A stretch of DNA of 64,000 bases from Pseudogymnoascus verrucosus. Lineage: Eukaryota. The DNA is taken from assembly GCA_001662655.1 (NCBI GenBank), contig KV460210.1. One strand, written 5' to 3'. Position numbers and translations under genes: made by a program. The notes under the pieces are model-generated. The model had not been told where the DNA came from and did not search any database. It saw nothing but the letters and a program-made list of their open reading frames with translations. This document shows, in pieces, positions 11,904 through 24,367 of the stretch (positions are counted from its first letter, which is position 1; the number at the start of each line of letters is the position of its first letter).

Positions 11904-12762
11904 TCATTTCGTAGTTCTCTGAAACTTATTTGCGATGCCACGTGTGCGTATGCCAGCAACCGAGAGTACGATGATCGAGAGCATCTCCGGAACGACACTG
12001 AGGCAAATCTTGACCGCAAGAGACGAAGTGAAGCTAGACGACGGTCCGTAGGATGAGCCTGCAGCAAATATTTCTCGTAGTGCGATAAGTGGAAGGGCCG
12101 CCGCAACCCCGTGGAGCAACTATCTGCGGTTAGCTGGATTCAAGTTGAGACTTAAATTGCACCAACCTTTGTGCCATCAGCGGGTGGCCCGCCAGCAGCG
12201 TATTCCTGGGATGATCGGAATGATAGCAGCGTCCAAACTGCAAGGATGGCCCAACAGGCTAGAACCACTCCCATGCCAACTTTCATCAGCACATTCCCGA
12301 CGGAAGCCCCATCCTGCAACTTCACAATGCCAATAATGACCAGGACCATCGCTGCGATGACGGTGAGGTGGTACTGGATGACAAGAATCCATTCGAATTT
12401 CCGGTTGAGGGTGGGATCGCGAGAACGTCTCCTAAGATATGTTAGACGGTATTAGATAGGGAGAGAGGGTCGACCAACGCTTCATGGAGAATCCCAACCG
12501 CACCAAGAATCAGAGGTGAAAGTCCAACGCTCTGGAGAATTAGAGTAGCAACCCCCCCGGTGGAATGATTGTTGTAGGCGTTAAGTTGCACGGCGTTTCC
12601 GACTATGCGAATAACACAGAGACTGTGAAGGGCCATCCATCCGAGAAGGCCTCGTTTCCCATGCTTCCAGAGGCAGTATGTGACGGGTTGGAGAAGAAGG
12701 AGATATATCGCAAGAGAAGCTATGACGAGAGACTTCGGGTCGGCAACTCTTGGTGGATACAT
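11904..12762 (-). CDS. Fungal multi-pass integral membrane protein (DUF7702/RTA1-like); 3 exons
   Basis: About seven hydrophobic segments across ORFs 12442-12762, 12152-12349 and 11904-12119, with WKHG..GLLGW, SVGLSPL and VVPEM motifs. Confidence 0.75.
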
Positions 12763-13414
12763 TGTAGTGAAATTTGAGAAAGGGCGCGCGAGATGGGGAG
12801 AAGAATGCAGGCCATGATGAGCTGGCCTTTCGAGTTATATACACTTAAAAAAACATAAAGAGATCATACTTACGCGTCAGCCTTCAATATAACGTCGAGT
12901 TCAATTGGGACGGTGTTAGGCAGTGCAGCGACATGTATCCCTATTATGGAGCGAATGCGAGAAGGAACAAGCTTTACGGGACCCACGTCTCATCCTTTGA
13001 TGTGGATAAGCATTTTAAAGGCCTGTTTAGGTTTTTGTCAGATCCATCGTGTGGTTTCCAAATGCGCGACAAACATTACAGCCATCTTCAGCCTGCGCCT
13101 CAAATTGCCATTTACGGAACGAAAGCGAGAGCGACAGCAACAGTGAGATGACAGCCGCTAGTCAGGGGCCAGTCGTCGCAATTGTGGCTTGGTCGGTGCG
13201 GTCGGCTCGTTGTACCGGGAAGCAGCGATTGGTGGGAATAGTACAGTATGCACTTTGAGCCGTTTCGCATCGTGCGTGGCGCAATAGCTTGGCGGGGTTT
13301 ATGGCGTTTGTAATCAAAGACGACATGTTGTTCTGATCGCGGAAATAATCGTTGACTGTGGCATTCATTGCTTTCCTATTTGAATGGCTGTATAAATTGC
13401 CATTGTAATACAAA

Positions 13415-14417
13415 ATGCCAATCCAGCTCCCAGTTGGTCCTCTAGACCAGTTCCTTCTCTTCGGTATTGAACATGAACCCTGTTACTAGCTCAAACTGAC
13501 GCTGTCGCAGGGGACAGCATCACCGAGAAATCCAATGACCAGGAACACGGATTTGCGTTTGCTTCTGCCCTGCAAAATGGTAGGGTTAAGCGCACCCAGT
13601 ATCTTCAAGGCTAACACTACCTCCAGCCTATATGTTGAAGCTAGATGTGATAAATCGCGGGTTTGGGTAACCTACGTTCCCTTACAGATAGAAATTACTT
13701 CGACTAACATCCTCTCGTAGCGGTTATAACACAAATAACGCCTTGGAAATTCTACCTGCCATCCTACCCGCCCCTTCCCAGGCCCGCGTCCGGTTTCTCA
13801 CCATCTTCTTTGGCGCCAATGACTCTAATCTTGGCCCGCCTCTTGTGGACACGCAGTACGTGTCCATCCCGGACTTTACTCAGAACCTTAGAGACCTAAT
13901 CTCGCATCCCCTAATTGCTGCGCACAATCCCCCGCCGAAAATAATTCTCATAGCGCCTCCGCCAATCGAGGAGACGTTCATTGCCAGGGAAGACGTGAGG
14001 AACGGGTATACGGAGGTGATGAGATACAACCGTAATACTGCGCTTTACGCAGAAGCTGTGACGAAGGTGGGGAAAGAGACGGGGACGCCAGTTGTAGACC
14101 TCTGGAGTGTTTTCATGGCAAAGGCTGGGTGGGTTGGAGGGTACCATGAGGATGGGGTGTCGATGCCAGGATCAATTGCTGCGGGCTTCAGTGATGTTTT
14201 GAAATCATTTTTAGATGACGGTACGTTTTTGTCCTGTTATAAGGTTATAAGCGATGATGCTAATCTGCCAGGCCTCCATTTAACGCCAGCGGGGTATAAA
14301 ATTATGTTTGAGGAGGTTCTGAAGGTGATTAGGGAAAACTGGCCAGATCAGACGCCGGAGGCACTGAAGAGTCTACGTGATCTGCATGGACTAAAATTTT
14401 GGTACGAGGTGGAATAG
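13415..14417 (+). CDS. SGNH/GDSL esterase, IAH1-like; 5 exons
   Basis: Spliced blocks FLLFGDSIT, DVINRG, IFFGANDS and DGLHL correspond to SGNH blocks I, II, III and V. Confidence 0.9.
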
Positions 14418-14586
14418 AAATTGGTATGTGCATTCTCTCTCGAGTATATATATAGTATGTGCATGAATATATACATCCGTCAACGGAATAGAACCGCTCC
14501 ATCCACAGAACAGGCGTAGTTATTGCCGAATTGAATAGAACCGCCCAGTCCTTAAAGTAGGTCTAGGCATTGTCGAGTGTGTAGAA

Positions 14587-15416
14587 CTACCCAGTCCACA
14601 GAGCAGGCCCGGGGATTTTATAACTCGTCATGGTGACATACGGGTTGAATAAAATACCTGGGTCATTACTCTTATAAAGGCTGGAAGCAACAGTTCCCAC
14701 TGGGTTTGCTGTGCCAGAACCCGTCACGTCAATGTTCACGCAGAACGGATAGTTTTGCGCGCCATTGAGCGAAGTGCAACCGTGGCATGCGATAATTTCG
14801 TGGCGGAAGACATAATGACCTGCTATTGTTAGCAGAGGCCGGCAGCAAGGGGCCGGCTAAAGAAGAGACAGGCATACCTGGAGCAAGAGTCTTTGGCACT
14901 TTCGTAGTCCACGAATTGCCGTCAGCCATCAGCTTTCCAGCAGCCCAGACCTGACTGGTGAGGTCAATTCCAGACTCATCAATCTTGACAAACTTGAGCG
15001 CGGTCTTGTCCGCAGTTTTGCAGTCTCCGCTGCATTTGGCGACGTAGGTCAAGACAGGGCCGATGTTGTGTGGCCAGTCAGTCCATTGGAACTTGACGGA
15101 CCCACCCGCAGCAACTGTCGCCGAGACGTTCGCGTTGACTGCATTCTTGTGGCAGGCGATGTTGGGGTTTCTGCTTTTGTTAGTCTGCACTTAGTTTGCC
15201 AGGACTGACATACTGATATTCATTTGGAGGGACGAATCCAAGGTCCAACGCCTCTTCGTACCATCCTGGGGTCTGGGGAATGGGAACATGATTCACTAAA
15301 TCATACCAGTAGGAGACAAGCCAGCCTGAAGTGGTAACACCGTCTGCTACAATGCTGGAAACGTAGCCGTGCGCTGCGGCAGTGCCAGCCAAACCGAGGA
15401 TAGTTGCGATCTTCAT
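14587..15416 (-). CDS. AA9 (GH61) lytic polysaccharide monooxygenase, secreted; 3 exons
   Basis: Signal peptide [15 protein letters not shown] followed by His1 (HGYV), then [29 protein letters not shown] and Y.IPGP. Confidence 0.93.
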
Positions 15417-15955
15417 GATGATTGTCTTGCCTTGTTGCATTTGAATGAGAAATGCCAATCCTATATAATAGAGTTGGCCGGTTAAATTGATAGTGCCGTG
15501 TGACTACCATACTATAGAGTTGATGTAATTATTGGTGCGAAATGCTGTGAATTTTCCGAAGTTTCATAATTAAATTGCCGGGATTTAGAGTGCTCGGCGG
15601 CAGATCATCTGTGGGGGAATATAGTAAACACGCGACAGGCTACTCGCGCCGGATCGTCCAGAGTTAAGTGTTTGCAGTTTGAGGCGGAGTGCTCGCTCCG
15701 GATCGTCCAAGGTTTTTACAGTTCGAGACGGCTTCTCGCCCCGGACCGTCAAGTGATGGCGAGGCCAGAAAACCGCCAATCAAGATGCTAATCATGTAAA
15801 GAATGATAATTAATTGCTTTTCATTGTCATCATGAATCTCAAACTAACTCGTAGTAATTATAACCCCGCCATCTTCGAATACAAATCTTCCCCGCCACAC
15901 TCCCTTTATCCCCACATTTGGCCTTGGCCATCACTAAGATCTGCCTTTGGGCACT

Positions 15956-16709
15956 CTAGGCGGTGAAAGTGCGCCTCACCTTAGGGGCCTTTTGGCTGTA
16001 GTTGCTGACCACGGCCTTGATCGTCTTGCTGAGGGTGCTACGCTTGTTCTCCAACAGACGGGGCTCAGGTAGGAACAGGAGTTTGGCGGCATCAGCGAAG
16101 CACTATTCCAACAGTCAGTCATTTGAGTGTGTAGTCTTGGAAGAAAACCTTACGTTAATAGCGGGCTCGAGCTCGTTGAGAACAGCGATGAGAGGATCAG
16201 CCTTGATAGGAATGCTATCGCTGAACTTGTGCGACTTCAGGTTCAGGACGTTCATGAGAATTTGCTGGTCGATGAGGAACTATGGTAGAGGTTAGTTTCT
16301 ATCCGCGAGGAATCTTAGATCCTATACTTACATCATCATACGCCCAATCGATTGGGTACAAATCCTTCAACTCAACGCCTGGGAAGGCATGGGGAAGGCT
16401 GGCGGTCACCTCGTTGACCTTCTTCACAACAGCCTTCAATCCACTGACGATTTCCTATAAATCCTAATGAGAAACTGTTCTATATGGATAACTGGAAGAC
16501 GACTGCAAACTCACAGGGAATTTGCCCAAGTTGTCCGCGAATAGAGGCCCATCAACGCGGGTGATAATTCCAGCAGGTCCCCAGATGGATCTTGTGGACA
16601 AAGCCAGGCCCTGAAGGTCCTTGGTAAGTTGGCTGGTCCATTGGTTGGCGGCTGAGGGGGTAGCTGCAACGAGGGCGAAGAGCGCGGTGGCGGTGACTGA
16701 GAAACGCAT
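15956..16709 (-). CDS. Secreted helical protein of unknown function (UVI-1/HsbA-like); 4 exons
   Basis: Signal peptide MRFSVTATALFALVAA. Three GT-AG introns join into a continuous frame ending KVRRTFTA*. Confidence 0.7.
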
Positions 16710-19103
16710 GTTGGATAGTAGCTTGAGCTGAAGGAGGCAGGAGTTTTAATATGATAAAAGTTGGAGGCTGGAAGGCAGATGAGAAGATGCTGATGTCTGG
16801 ATAGCTGGTTGATGGAGAGATGAGGGGGAAATAGGCAACGCCTTTATAGTAATTCAGATACGAAATGTAGACTATGGACTCTTCCCCTATTCATCTATTC
16901 TCATCCGACTTGAAGCAGGGAGATAGTCAATGACGCAAGGAGATGTATATGCCACGGCTTGAAGCTCACCGTCAATCAATAGTTCCGTCGATCACGGCCC
17001 TTGCATCTCAGTTGGGACCCGGAGACGTATTTGAAAGTGCACAAGCTGAGCAGTGCACTTCTGAGGATGCATGCGATTGATTTAACATCTTGACAAACCT
17101 CGACTTAGCGTCGAGGCTGACAGCCACTGCAAAATAAATCACCAAGTTTGTCATCAAGTAGTAGATGCATCTCATACACATGTCATAAAACCTGCAGTCA
17201 TACTATGAAGTTATCAGCATACACGAATGAATTACCAGCAAGCGAAGCTGGATCGACTCGCCAGCAAACCGAGGAACGGGGACGGGGACAACGGGAAGGG
17301 CCATTTCAGGAGTAGGGCCTGTCTCTGTCACCCAAAGCAATCATACTAGCGTAGAGGCCTAAAATAATATGTTATCCTCATTCACATCCCAGGGAGGCTG
17401 GGGACGTTTGTGAGGCTCCCGAGCGGCTCGTTAAGTTTGGAGTCTGAAAAAAGAGGCGTGATGGAGTTCGGTTGGAGTAATTTCATGCCAAGAGGATTCC
17501 GCCATACTACGTAACATCACGGATGAGCACCTTGGGCGCTGTTGAAGTAAGACAGATATACAAAACTAGTCTTCTGCATACATAGATAGAGTAAGAGTAT
17601 ATGGCGAATGCTCTGATCCTCGAAGCGAGGATATCCGACGAGCTCGGTTGCAGCAATCGCGCGCCAAGAAATGATCGCTATGCCAGCAACACGGACAAAA
17701 ACTTTAAGTATACGTCGAAAATATGATGATCAGTTAGTTTGTACGTGGCGTAACGCTTGCTGGAACGAACTGTACGGAGTGTTGGAATTTGCGGAGAAGG
17801 GTGATACCCCCGGGTGCCCCGAAAGCCACCAACCCCTGGATCCAGCCCGAGGCGAGCTTCCGGCGCCGCTGGGATGGGGCAACGGGGCGCTAACGGCTGA
17901 TCGCCGCGCTAATATCACAGTTGATAACCCAAAATAGATGCTGCCCCTGCTCTAGCTCCGCATCACACATCGTACTTCGTATACGCTTGACTTGGCAGTT
18001 GACTTGTTCCCCGAACCCTTACTCGTGCATCTTGTGGGGTTGGTGTCTAAGCCGAACACAGACAAATCCCGCGTGTTGTCTTTCTTTACGAACTTTGCTA
18101 TCCCCTATTACGCAGGGAACCCAACCGAAGGATTATGATGTCTCGGCGGATGTTCATATGAAGTTTATCAGACGGTGCCCTTGTGTGATAGTCTTGCGGG
18201 GTGCGTTGAGTCGGATAGCAATCAATAATCGAGTGTCTGGCAAGTCTCCAAATAGGCCCCTTGCGTATAATTATATCTGCCAATAGGATTGAAATCCGAG
18301 GGGAGCTAGTTAAAAGGCTGGGAGGAGGTTTAAAGTTTGACGTTGGTGAGCTGAAAAGGTTCAAATGCATCTCGGGAGTCCATATCCGGTATGCGTAGTA
18401 TATTTTATGCAGCAAACAAAAAGACGTGGATTAAGTATGAGTTTCTCAGCTTGCAAACAAAATCCGGATGGGCTAAGAGCCGATTCGCTTTATGGTTTTA
18501 CTTGTTGATCTATACGCTATACGAGTTATCAGTATGAGATGACGTGTGACAAGGGATGAAAGGTCTGACTTGATGCTGGTTGGGAACAGTATGCTGGCAC
18601 CAACCTATTGGCATGGTGTTCGGACTCAACGTCTCCACTACACGGATTGTGAGTGACAGATAGGGATATATTTTCTGCATTTGTAAATATCTGTCGAGGT
18701 AAGGGGTGTTGGTTTTGGCTATGAGACCGAGGAAACGACCGTGGAGTCCCAACCACCGCTGTTCATCCCACGTGAAAATGATAACACTGGCTAGGAAAGC
18801 AAGGAGGTATATGTCATATGGTATTGACAAGTGCAGAGAAACTATCAAGAAACTCGTCACACAACTCAAGCAAACATACACAGCTGTCGTTTGGACAAGT
18901 GAATGGATTATCCTTGGCACTTATTAATTCCAACAGCGGCCTTAGCAATAGTCATCTCCTTCCCCAAGAGCGCTGAAAAAATATACAGGACAATCCAAGC
19001 TCCCAGCATGAGCAGACGCACTTGAGATGCACGAAGCCAAACCGTATACTGTCAACTCCGAGACCAGCGGATGCCCCCGCACTCACTCCACAGCGCCCTC
19101 CAC

Positions 19104-19457
19104 TTATGCCTCCGCCTCCCCAATGAAGTCCTCGAAGCTTCCCCACACGGTAAACTTCGTAGTAAAATGCGAGAACAGCAGCCTCATGAGCTCATTGGGA
19201 TTCTTCATTTGTCTATACGATCCTCGCTTAGACGGTTCCATAGTGAGCAGCATCCATCCCAATGCAATCTTGGAGGAGCGATCGTAGTCTCGGGGGGGTA
19301 GATCGCGCTCCTTGAGAGTTTCAACGCCGAGAGCGACGGTGTCCCAGGCGTCAGGATCGGTGATCAAAAGGATGGCCTGCAGCTGGCTCCGCCATTCTTC
19401 AAAGTTGTCGGGGTTCTTGAGCTTGTAGATCGAGTATTGTGGGGGTATTGGGGACAT
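19104..19457 (-). CDS. Stand-alone Ty1/Copia Gag N-terminal-like protein (117 aa)
   Basis: KLKNPDNFEEWRSQLQAILL...AWDTV...DRSSKIALGWMLLTM...NPNELMRLLFSHF resembles the Copia gag (Retrotran_gag_2/DUF4219) pattern. A canonical intron lies upstream at 19482-19531. Confidence 0.6.
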   Translation of the reverse strand: MSPIPPQYSIYKLKNPDNFEEWRSQLQAILLITDPDAWDTVALGVETLKERDLPPRDYDRSSKIALGWMLLTMEPSKRGSYRQMKNPNELMRLLFSHFTTKFTVWGSFEDFIGEAEA

Positions 19458-20169
19458 CGTTTGGTGTTTGGTCACGCGTGCCTGTTCTTAATGGTTAGAT
19501 AGCTTTTGGAAAGATATCCCTTGGTACATACTGGTTTGGGGCCCTCAAAGGTGGGAAAGGCTTCTGTAGCTTCAAGTCAAGGTAGACCGCCTAGTCGTTT
19601 TACTCCAAATGATTGGCCTGCTGACTACGTGAGGCGGATATGACGCATGGGACTGTGGAATAGGTGAAAGATCCGATGCCGAGAAAGTGCCAAAGGTGCG
19701 ATTGTATCATATATTTACGCTGCTTTTGCGTGAGGGAGGAAGGATATGGGCGGCGTTGAAAGAATGAGAAGGGCTCCCCCACAGGACATGAGGTTGAAGA
19801 GAATATAGAATTATGGGGGCGGACTTCACAAGCGTCGAGGGCGGTGCTTGTGAAGGAGGATAATTTCTCGCGCTTCACAGCTCTGGGTAAGGTTATCGAC
19901 TGTTTATCCGTGAGTTGTCTCCAGAAACAGCAAGAAGCACCATTCGTACCTGCCGTTTCAATCTAAATTAGGTAGTGTCAACTTCATATATTTCGTGTAT
20001 CTTGCCGTCACTCACTCAAAATAATAATAAATTTGGTCAATACATCCTGAATGACTCTCTATTCAACAGATCTTATGCACTATCTTTTTATAATCCTACA
20101 CTTCCTGCGTGTTGTACAATGATACACCTCAGCAACGCCAGAAATGCACTGGCATATCTCGTCACCGAT

Positions 20170-21173
20170 CTAAAAGATCTTTTCGGTCTCCTCAACTAGA
20201 TCCTCAACCTTGAAGGCTGGGTCTCCTTTTCCAAACAGCTCCAGTAGCCTCTTACGGTCAGCACTCTCGCTTCCAAACCCGTAAAATTTCTGCAGGCACA
20301 TCAGCAGAAATTTGGCCTCGTCGACAGTGACTCCCCTGTTCTCAACCACCTGGCCTTGGACCAGAACCACCTCCTTCTCCGCGGCCAATTCCAAGTGGTG
20401 GGTAATAGTTGTATGCGGCTGTGCAAATTCGCCTCTTAACTTGAACTCTGCGAGGTGAGTGAAGAGGACAGTGACAGTATCAGGCGCTGGGAATGTCCAC
20501 TGCAGCAGATGAATCTCTGCGCCCTGTCCTTCGCGGGGCAATGGTAGGATGAAGTGGGGGAACTTCTTTGCAGATGCTTCTATGGTCTTGTATGTCTCTA
20601 GCGGCACGGTCGCACAGAGTGACTGGGGGTTTGAGGCATGTCGGAGGCGCCATATCGTTTCGATTTCCTTGTAAGGAAGCTCTCTCGTCTTGGCGACGTC
20701 CAGGTACGATGAGAGTGTCCGCACACCAGGCGTGCTAGATTTTGAAGACGGAACTTTTGGTGGCGGTGGCGGGGGTGGGAATGGCGACTTGGCTGCAGCT
20801 TCGTTTATTGCTTCAGGAGCTGGTGGTGGGTGTCCGTCTATTGTGCCAGATGGAGTAGCAGGTTTCCTCTTCAGCTCCGTGATTTTATCCTTGTACGCTT
20901 CTTTCAACTCATTGACATCGCTCAATCCTTCCCTAACAAGAATTTTTGTCAGCTAAAGTTCACGATAATGGTCGACCAGAAAACATCGACTTACGCTTTT
21001 GCCTTCTTGGCCAGCTTCTCCTTATACTTCTCCAGAACCCTGTCTGGCTGTGCGTGAGTGACGAGGAAGCGAATGTCGTGGACCTGCGCCCATCTTCGCT
21101 GAGACGCGCGCAAATAGGGCGCGGCGCCACAGACGGTATACCGCAGTGCGTTTTGACAACGAAGAGCAGCCAT
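20170..21173 (-). CDS. ATP11: Mitochondrial F1-ATPase assembly chaperone Atp11; 2 exons
   Basis: Mitochondrial presequence, IETIWRLRH, PHFILPLPR, LFTHLAEFKLRGEFAQPH and LQKFY. Confidence 0.93.
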
Positions 21174-21636
21174 ATCGGCAAGTGGATGGTAAGATGGACC
21201 TTGATATAGACCTATCAATCTCACACTGTCAACGGAGCCGCAACGTCCCTTGTCCCTGGTCCCTCAATCGCAAATTGCTTACATAATGCGGCGCGGAATA
21301 ACTTCCGGACAGCACTCGGCTTTTCTGTGCCGTGCCTCGGCCTGATCGCCGAAATCCTTACCTAAGCACCGTTTATCCTAGGCTCTACCAGACTTTAGAG
21401 CGCCCATTCCCCGAAAATCCCCATATTTCCCCGCATTCTCCAATGGATCTCAGGTCCAAGTTACTCGATGTGGCAAGTGGCATAGCCCTCAGTTGTATCG
21501 TTACCTACATCCTCAACATATATATTCCGTGGGCTCCGGATCTTGACATTTATCTTTTCACCGTTATTGTTATTCTCAATTCTGCCCAATTTTTCAGTTG
21601 ATATCAAGCCCAGTCCTCTCGCCCGCCCCCATAACA

Positions 21637-23451
21637 ATGGTTACCAAATCTAGGTGAGGCGTGCTCATCCAAAATGACACGGCGAATTTCCTCTAACGTG
21701 AACAGTTTCCCCGATATTGATGTGCCAGCTGTCGATGTCTGGGGCCTGTTATTTGAGAGGAAAGATAGGCCGTTTTCTGATAACAAAGGTGAGCCTTCAC
21801 CCAAGTTAACACGGGCATGTCAGAACTCTAATACTGCCTGCAGTAATCTACGTCGATCCCGAGACGAACCGGTCATATACTTTTGCAGAGACAAAGAAGG
21901 CTGCGATTGAATTTGGCAAGGGTCTCAAGGCTCAATGGGACTGGAAGAAGGGCGATGTTCTTGCCCTCTATACACCCAACAGCATTGACACACCAGCGGT
22001 GATATGGGGAACCCACTGGGCCGGAGGAGTGATCTCTCCTGCCAACCCAGCCTACACTCCCGCAGAATTAGCTTTCCAGCTTAAAGATTGCGGTGCCAAA
22101 GCACTTGTGACACAGAAAGCATTCCTGGCGGATGCCCGAGCTGCCGCCAAATCTGTTGGCCTTTCGGAGAAGAGGATCATTATCCTCGGAGATGAAAGGG
22201 ATGACAAATTCAAGCACTTCACTAGCATTCGGAACCTCTCGGGAGCAACAAGATATGTCAGGACACGGGTGAACCCTGAAAAGGACCTCGCCTTCTTGGT
22301 CTATAGCAGTGGCACCACTGGCCACCCAAAGGGTGTCATGCTGTCACATCGCAATATTGTGTCAAACTTATTCATGCTCGCCGCAGGGGAAGGCAATAAT
22401 TTGAGTTCCGAAGGTGGACCCGATGGCAAAGGCGATAAACTACTTGCTTTCCTTCCATTCTTCCACATTTACGGTATGGCTTCCTTTCTACTTTCTCGTC
22501 CAACAACCACTAATATGTGCAATAGGCCTTACCTGCCTTATTCATTATGCATTCTTCAGAGGCCTCACCATATATGTCATGGCTAAATTCGATCTTGAGA
22601 GATTCTGCTCCATCATCCAGGAGAATAAAATTACCTTCGCCTATGCTGTACCACCAGTGGTTCTTCAGCTTGCCAAGAACCCAGTAGTTGACAAGTACGA
22701 CCTCAGCACAATCAGAATGATGAGCTCTGGTGCAGCGCCCCTCACTCGGGAAATTGTCAACGCATTGTATGACAAGCGCAACATCAAGGTCAAGCAGGGA
22801 TATGGCCTGTCCGAGACATCCCCTACGACACACTCGCAGCGCTGGGAGGACTGGCAAACGGCCATGGGCTCAGTCGGACCCCTTCTACCCAACCAAACCG
22901 CAAAGTTCATGTCGGCCGATGAGAAAGAACTTGAAGTCGGGGAGACTGGTGAGCTATGGGTCAAGGGACCTAATGTGTTCTTGGGTTACTGGAAGAACCC
23001 TGAAGGCACGAAGAACGCGCTCACCGATGACGGTTATTTCAAGACCGGTGACGTCGGTTTCCAAGACAAGAAAGGAAACTTCTATATCACAGACCGTGTG
23101 AAGGAACTTATCAAATATAAGGGATTCCAGGTTCCTCCCGCAGAACTTGAGGGCCTATTGGTTTCGCACCCGGACGTCGATGATGTTGCTGTTCTTGGCA
23201 TCTACAATGAAGATCAGGCAACCGAGGTTCCACGAGCATATGTCGTGCCCAAGGCTGGCGTTCCTGGGACACCGGAGACAGGCAAGAGGATCGCGGATTG
23301 GCTGTCCAGCAAGGTGGCTGGCCATAAGCGCTTGAGAGGAGGTGTTAGATTTGTTGATGTGATACCTAAGACCGCGAGCGGAAAGATCCTGCGGAGGGTT
23401 CTGAAGCAGCAGGCGGAGGCGGAGGAAAAGAAGGTCAAGTCCAAGCTGTAG
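21637..23451 (+). CDS. Peroxisomal 4-coumarate/phenylacetyl-CoA ligase-like AMP-binding enzyme; 4 exons
   Basis: YSSGTTGHPKGV, QGYGLSET, GELWVKGPNV, TGDVG, DRVKELIKYKGFQV and a C-terminal PTS1 signal (SKL). Confidence 0.93.
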
Positions 23452-23594
23452 AGCTTCGCGAAATATTTGAGGGTCCATAGCGTGGTGTGTCCCTTCACAT
23501 ATAGAACCATGTATCGTATATCTGCAGCGCATATATTTCAAATAACTTTTTAAAGGCATTGATAGGTTGAATTGATTGATTTATTATTGAAATA

Positions 23595-23686
23595 TGTTCG
23601 ATCAGTTCTACAAATTTAACTCTCATCAATTCGACTAATTTGACAGCCAGATCTCAAGTTATACGCTCTTGTCATCATTTCGAACA
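23595..23686 (-). ncRNA. Box C/D-like RNA, array unit 6
   Basis: Minus strand: TGTTCGA-a-ATGATGA...TTGA-hairpin-TGATGA...CTGA-TCGAACA, with a 7-bp terminal stem. Confidence 0.75.
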
Positions 23687-23889
23687 ACCAATCTCAACTT
23701 GTTAAGTGTTATTCTCCCTCTTGAGCTCTGTTCCGTTGGAACTTGAGCTGAATCCACACTGCAAAGTAAACAATTTAGAAAATAATGTAAGCAAACTATA
23801 AGTTAAATTTCTTTAGAGGGATGAGGGATGAGGGATGAGGGATGAGTTTAAATATGAAGTAATGCTGTTATTTGAAGTAGGTTTTTTTA

Positions 23890-23987
23890 TGTTCGATCAG
23901 TACCATAAACTTAGCTCTCATCAATTCAGCCCATTTTGTGGCCAAATCTCAAAGGGACCATCTAGGAATGCTTCATCATTTCGAACA
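23890..23987 (-). ncRNA. Box C/D-like RNA, array unit 5
   Basis: Same scaffold as unit 6 (TGTTCGA/TCGAACA stem, C box ATGATGA, D' TTGA, C' TGATGA, D box CTGA) with different spacers. Confidence 0.75.
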
Positions 23988-24224
23988 GCCAGCCTCAGCT
24001 TGAATTGGGTCGTATTCCCTCTTTTGAACTCTGTTCTGTTGTTGTGACGCTGCGAAGAAAAACAATTGGAAGGGAATGTGAAGTACAGTAACTGTTGAAG
24101 TTGGTTGAAGGGATGTATTTGGATATCGAATAATGCTGTTGTTTGAAGTGGGCGTTTTTTATCTGCTGTTGACGATCTTTCAAGACTCGCAGAATAATTT
24201 CAAGACTAGGGCCTCAACGACCCA

Positions 24225-24315
24225 AACTGTTCATCAGGCCTTATGTATCTCTCGTTGACCAGTCCAACTGGACGATCTCGAGTGTGTTCAAAGCTTTATC
24301 ATCATCTGAACAGTT
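24225..24315 (-). ncRNA. Box C/D-like RNA, array unit 4
   Basis: AACTGTTCA-g-ATGATGA...hairpin GATCGTCCAGTTGGACTGGTC...CTGA-TGAACAGTT, with a 9-bp terminal stem. Confidence 0.75.
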
Positions 24316-24367
24316 ATATAAACAAAAAAACAAAAATAAATGCGAAAAGATAGAAAGAAAGAAATCA

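Noticed and set aside
17000..19000. ORFs of 60-136 aa in the intergenic stretch
   Set aside because: No motifs or spliceable gene model that I could support.
908..23451. Secondary-metabolite gene cluster (dioxygenase, transcription factors, CoA ligases, esterase)
   Set aside because: No PKS, NRPS or terpene synthase core is present, and the genes are dispersed among housekeeping genes.
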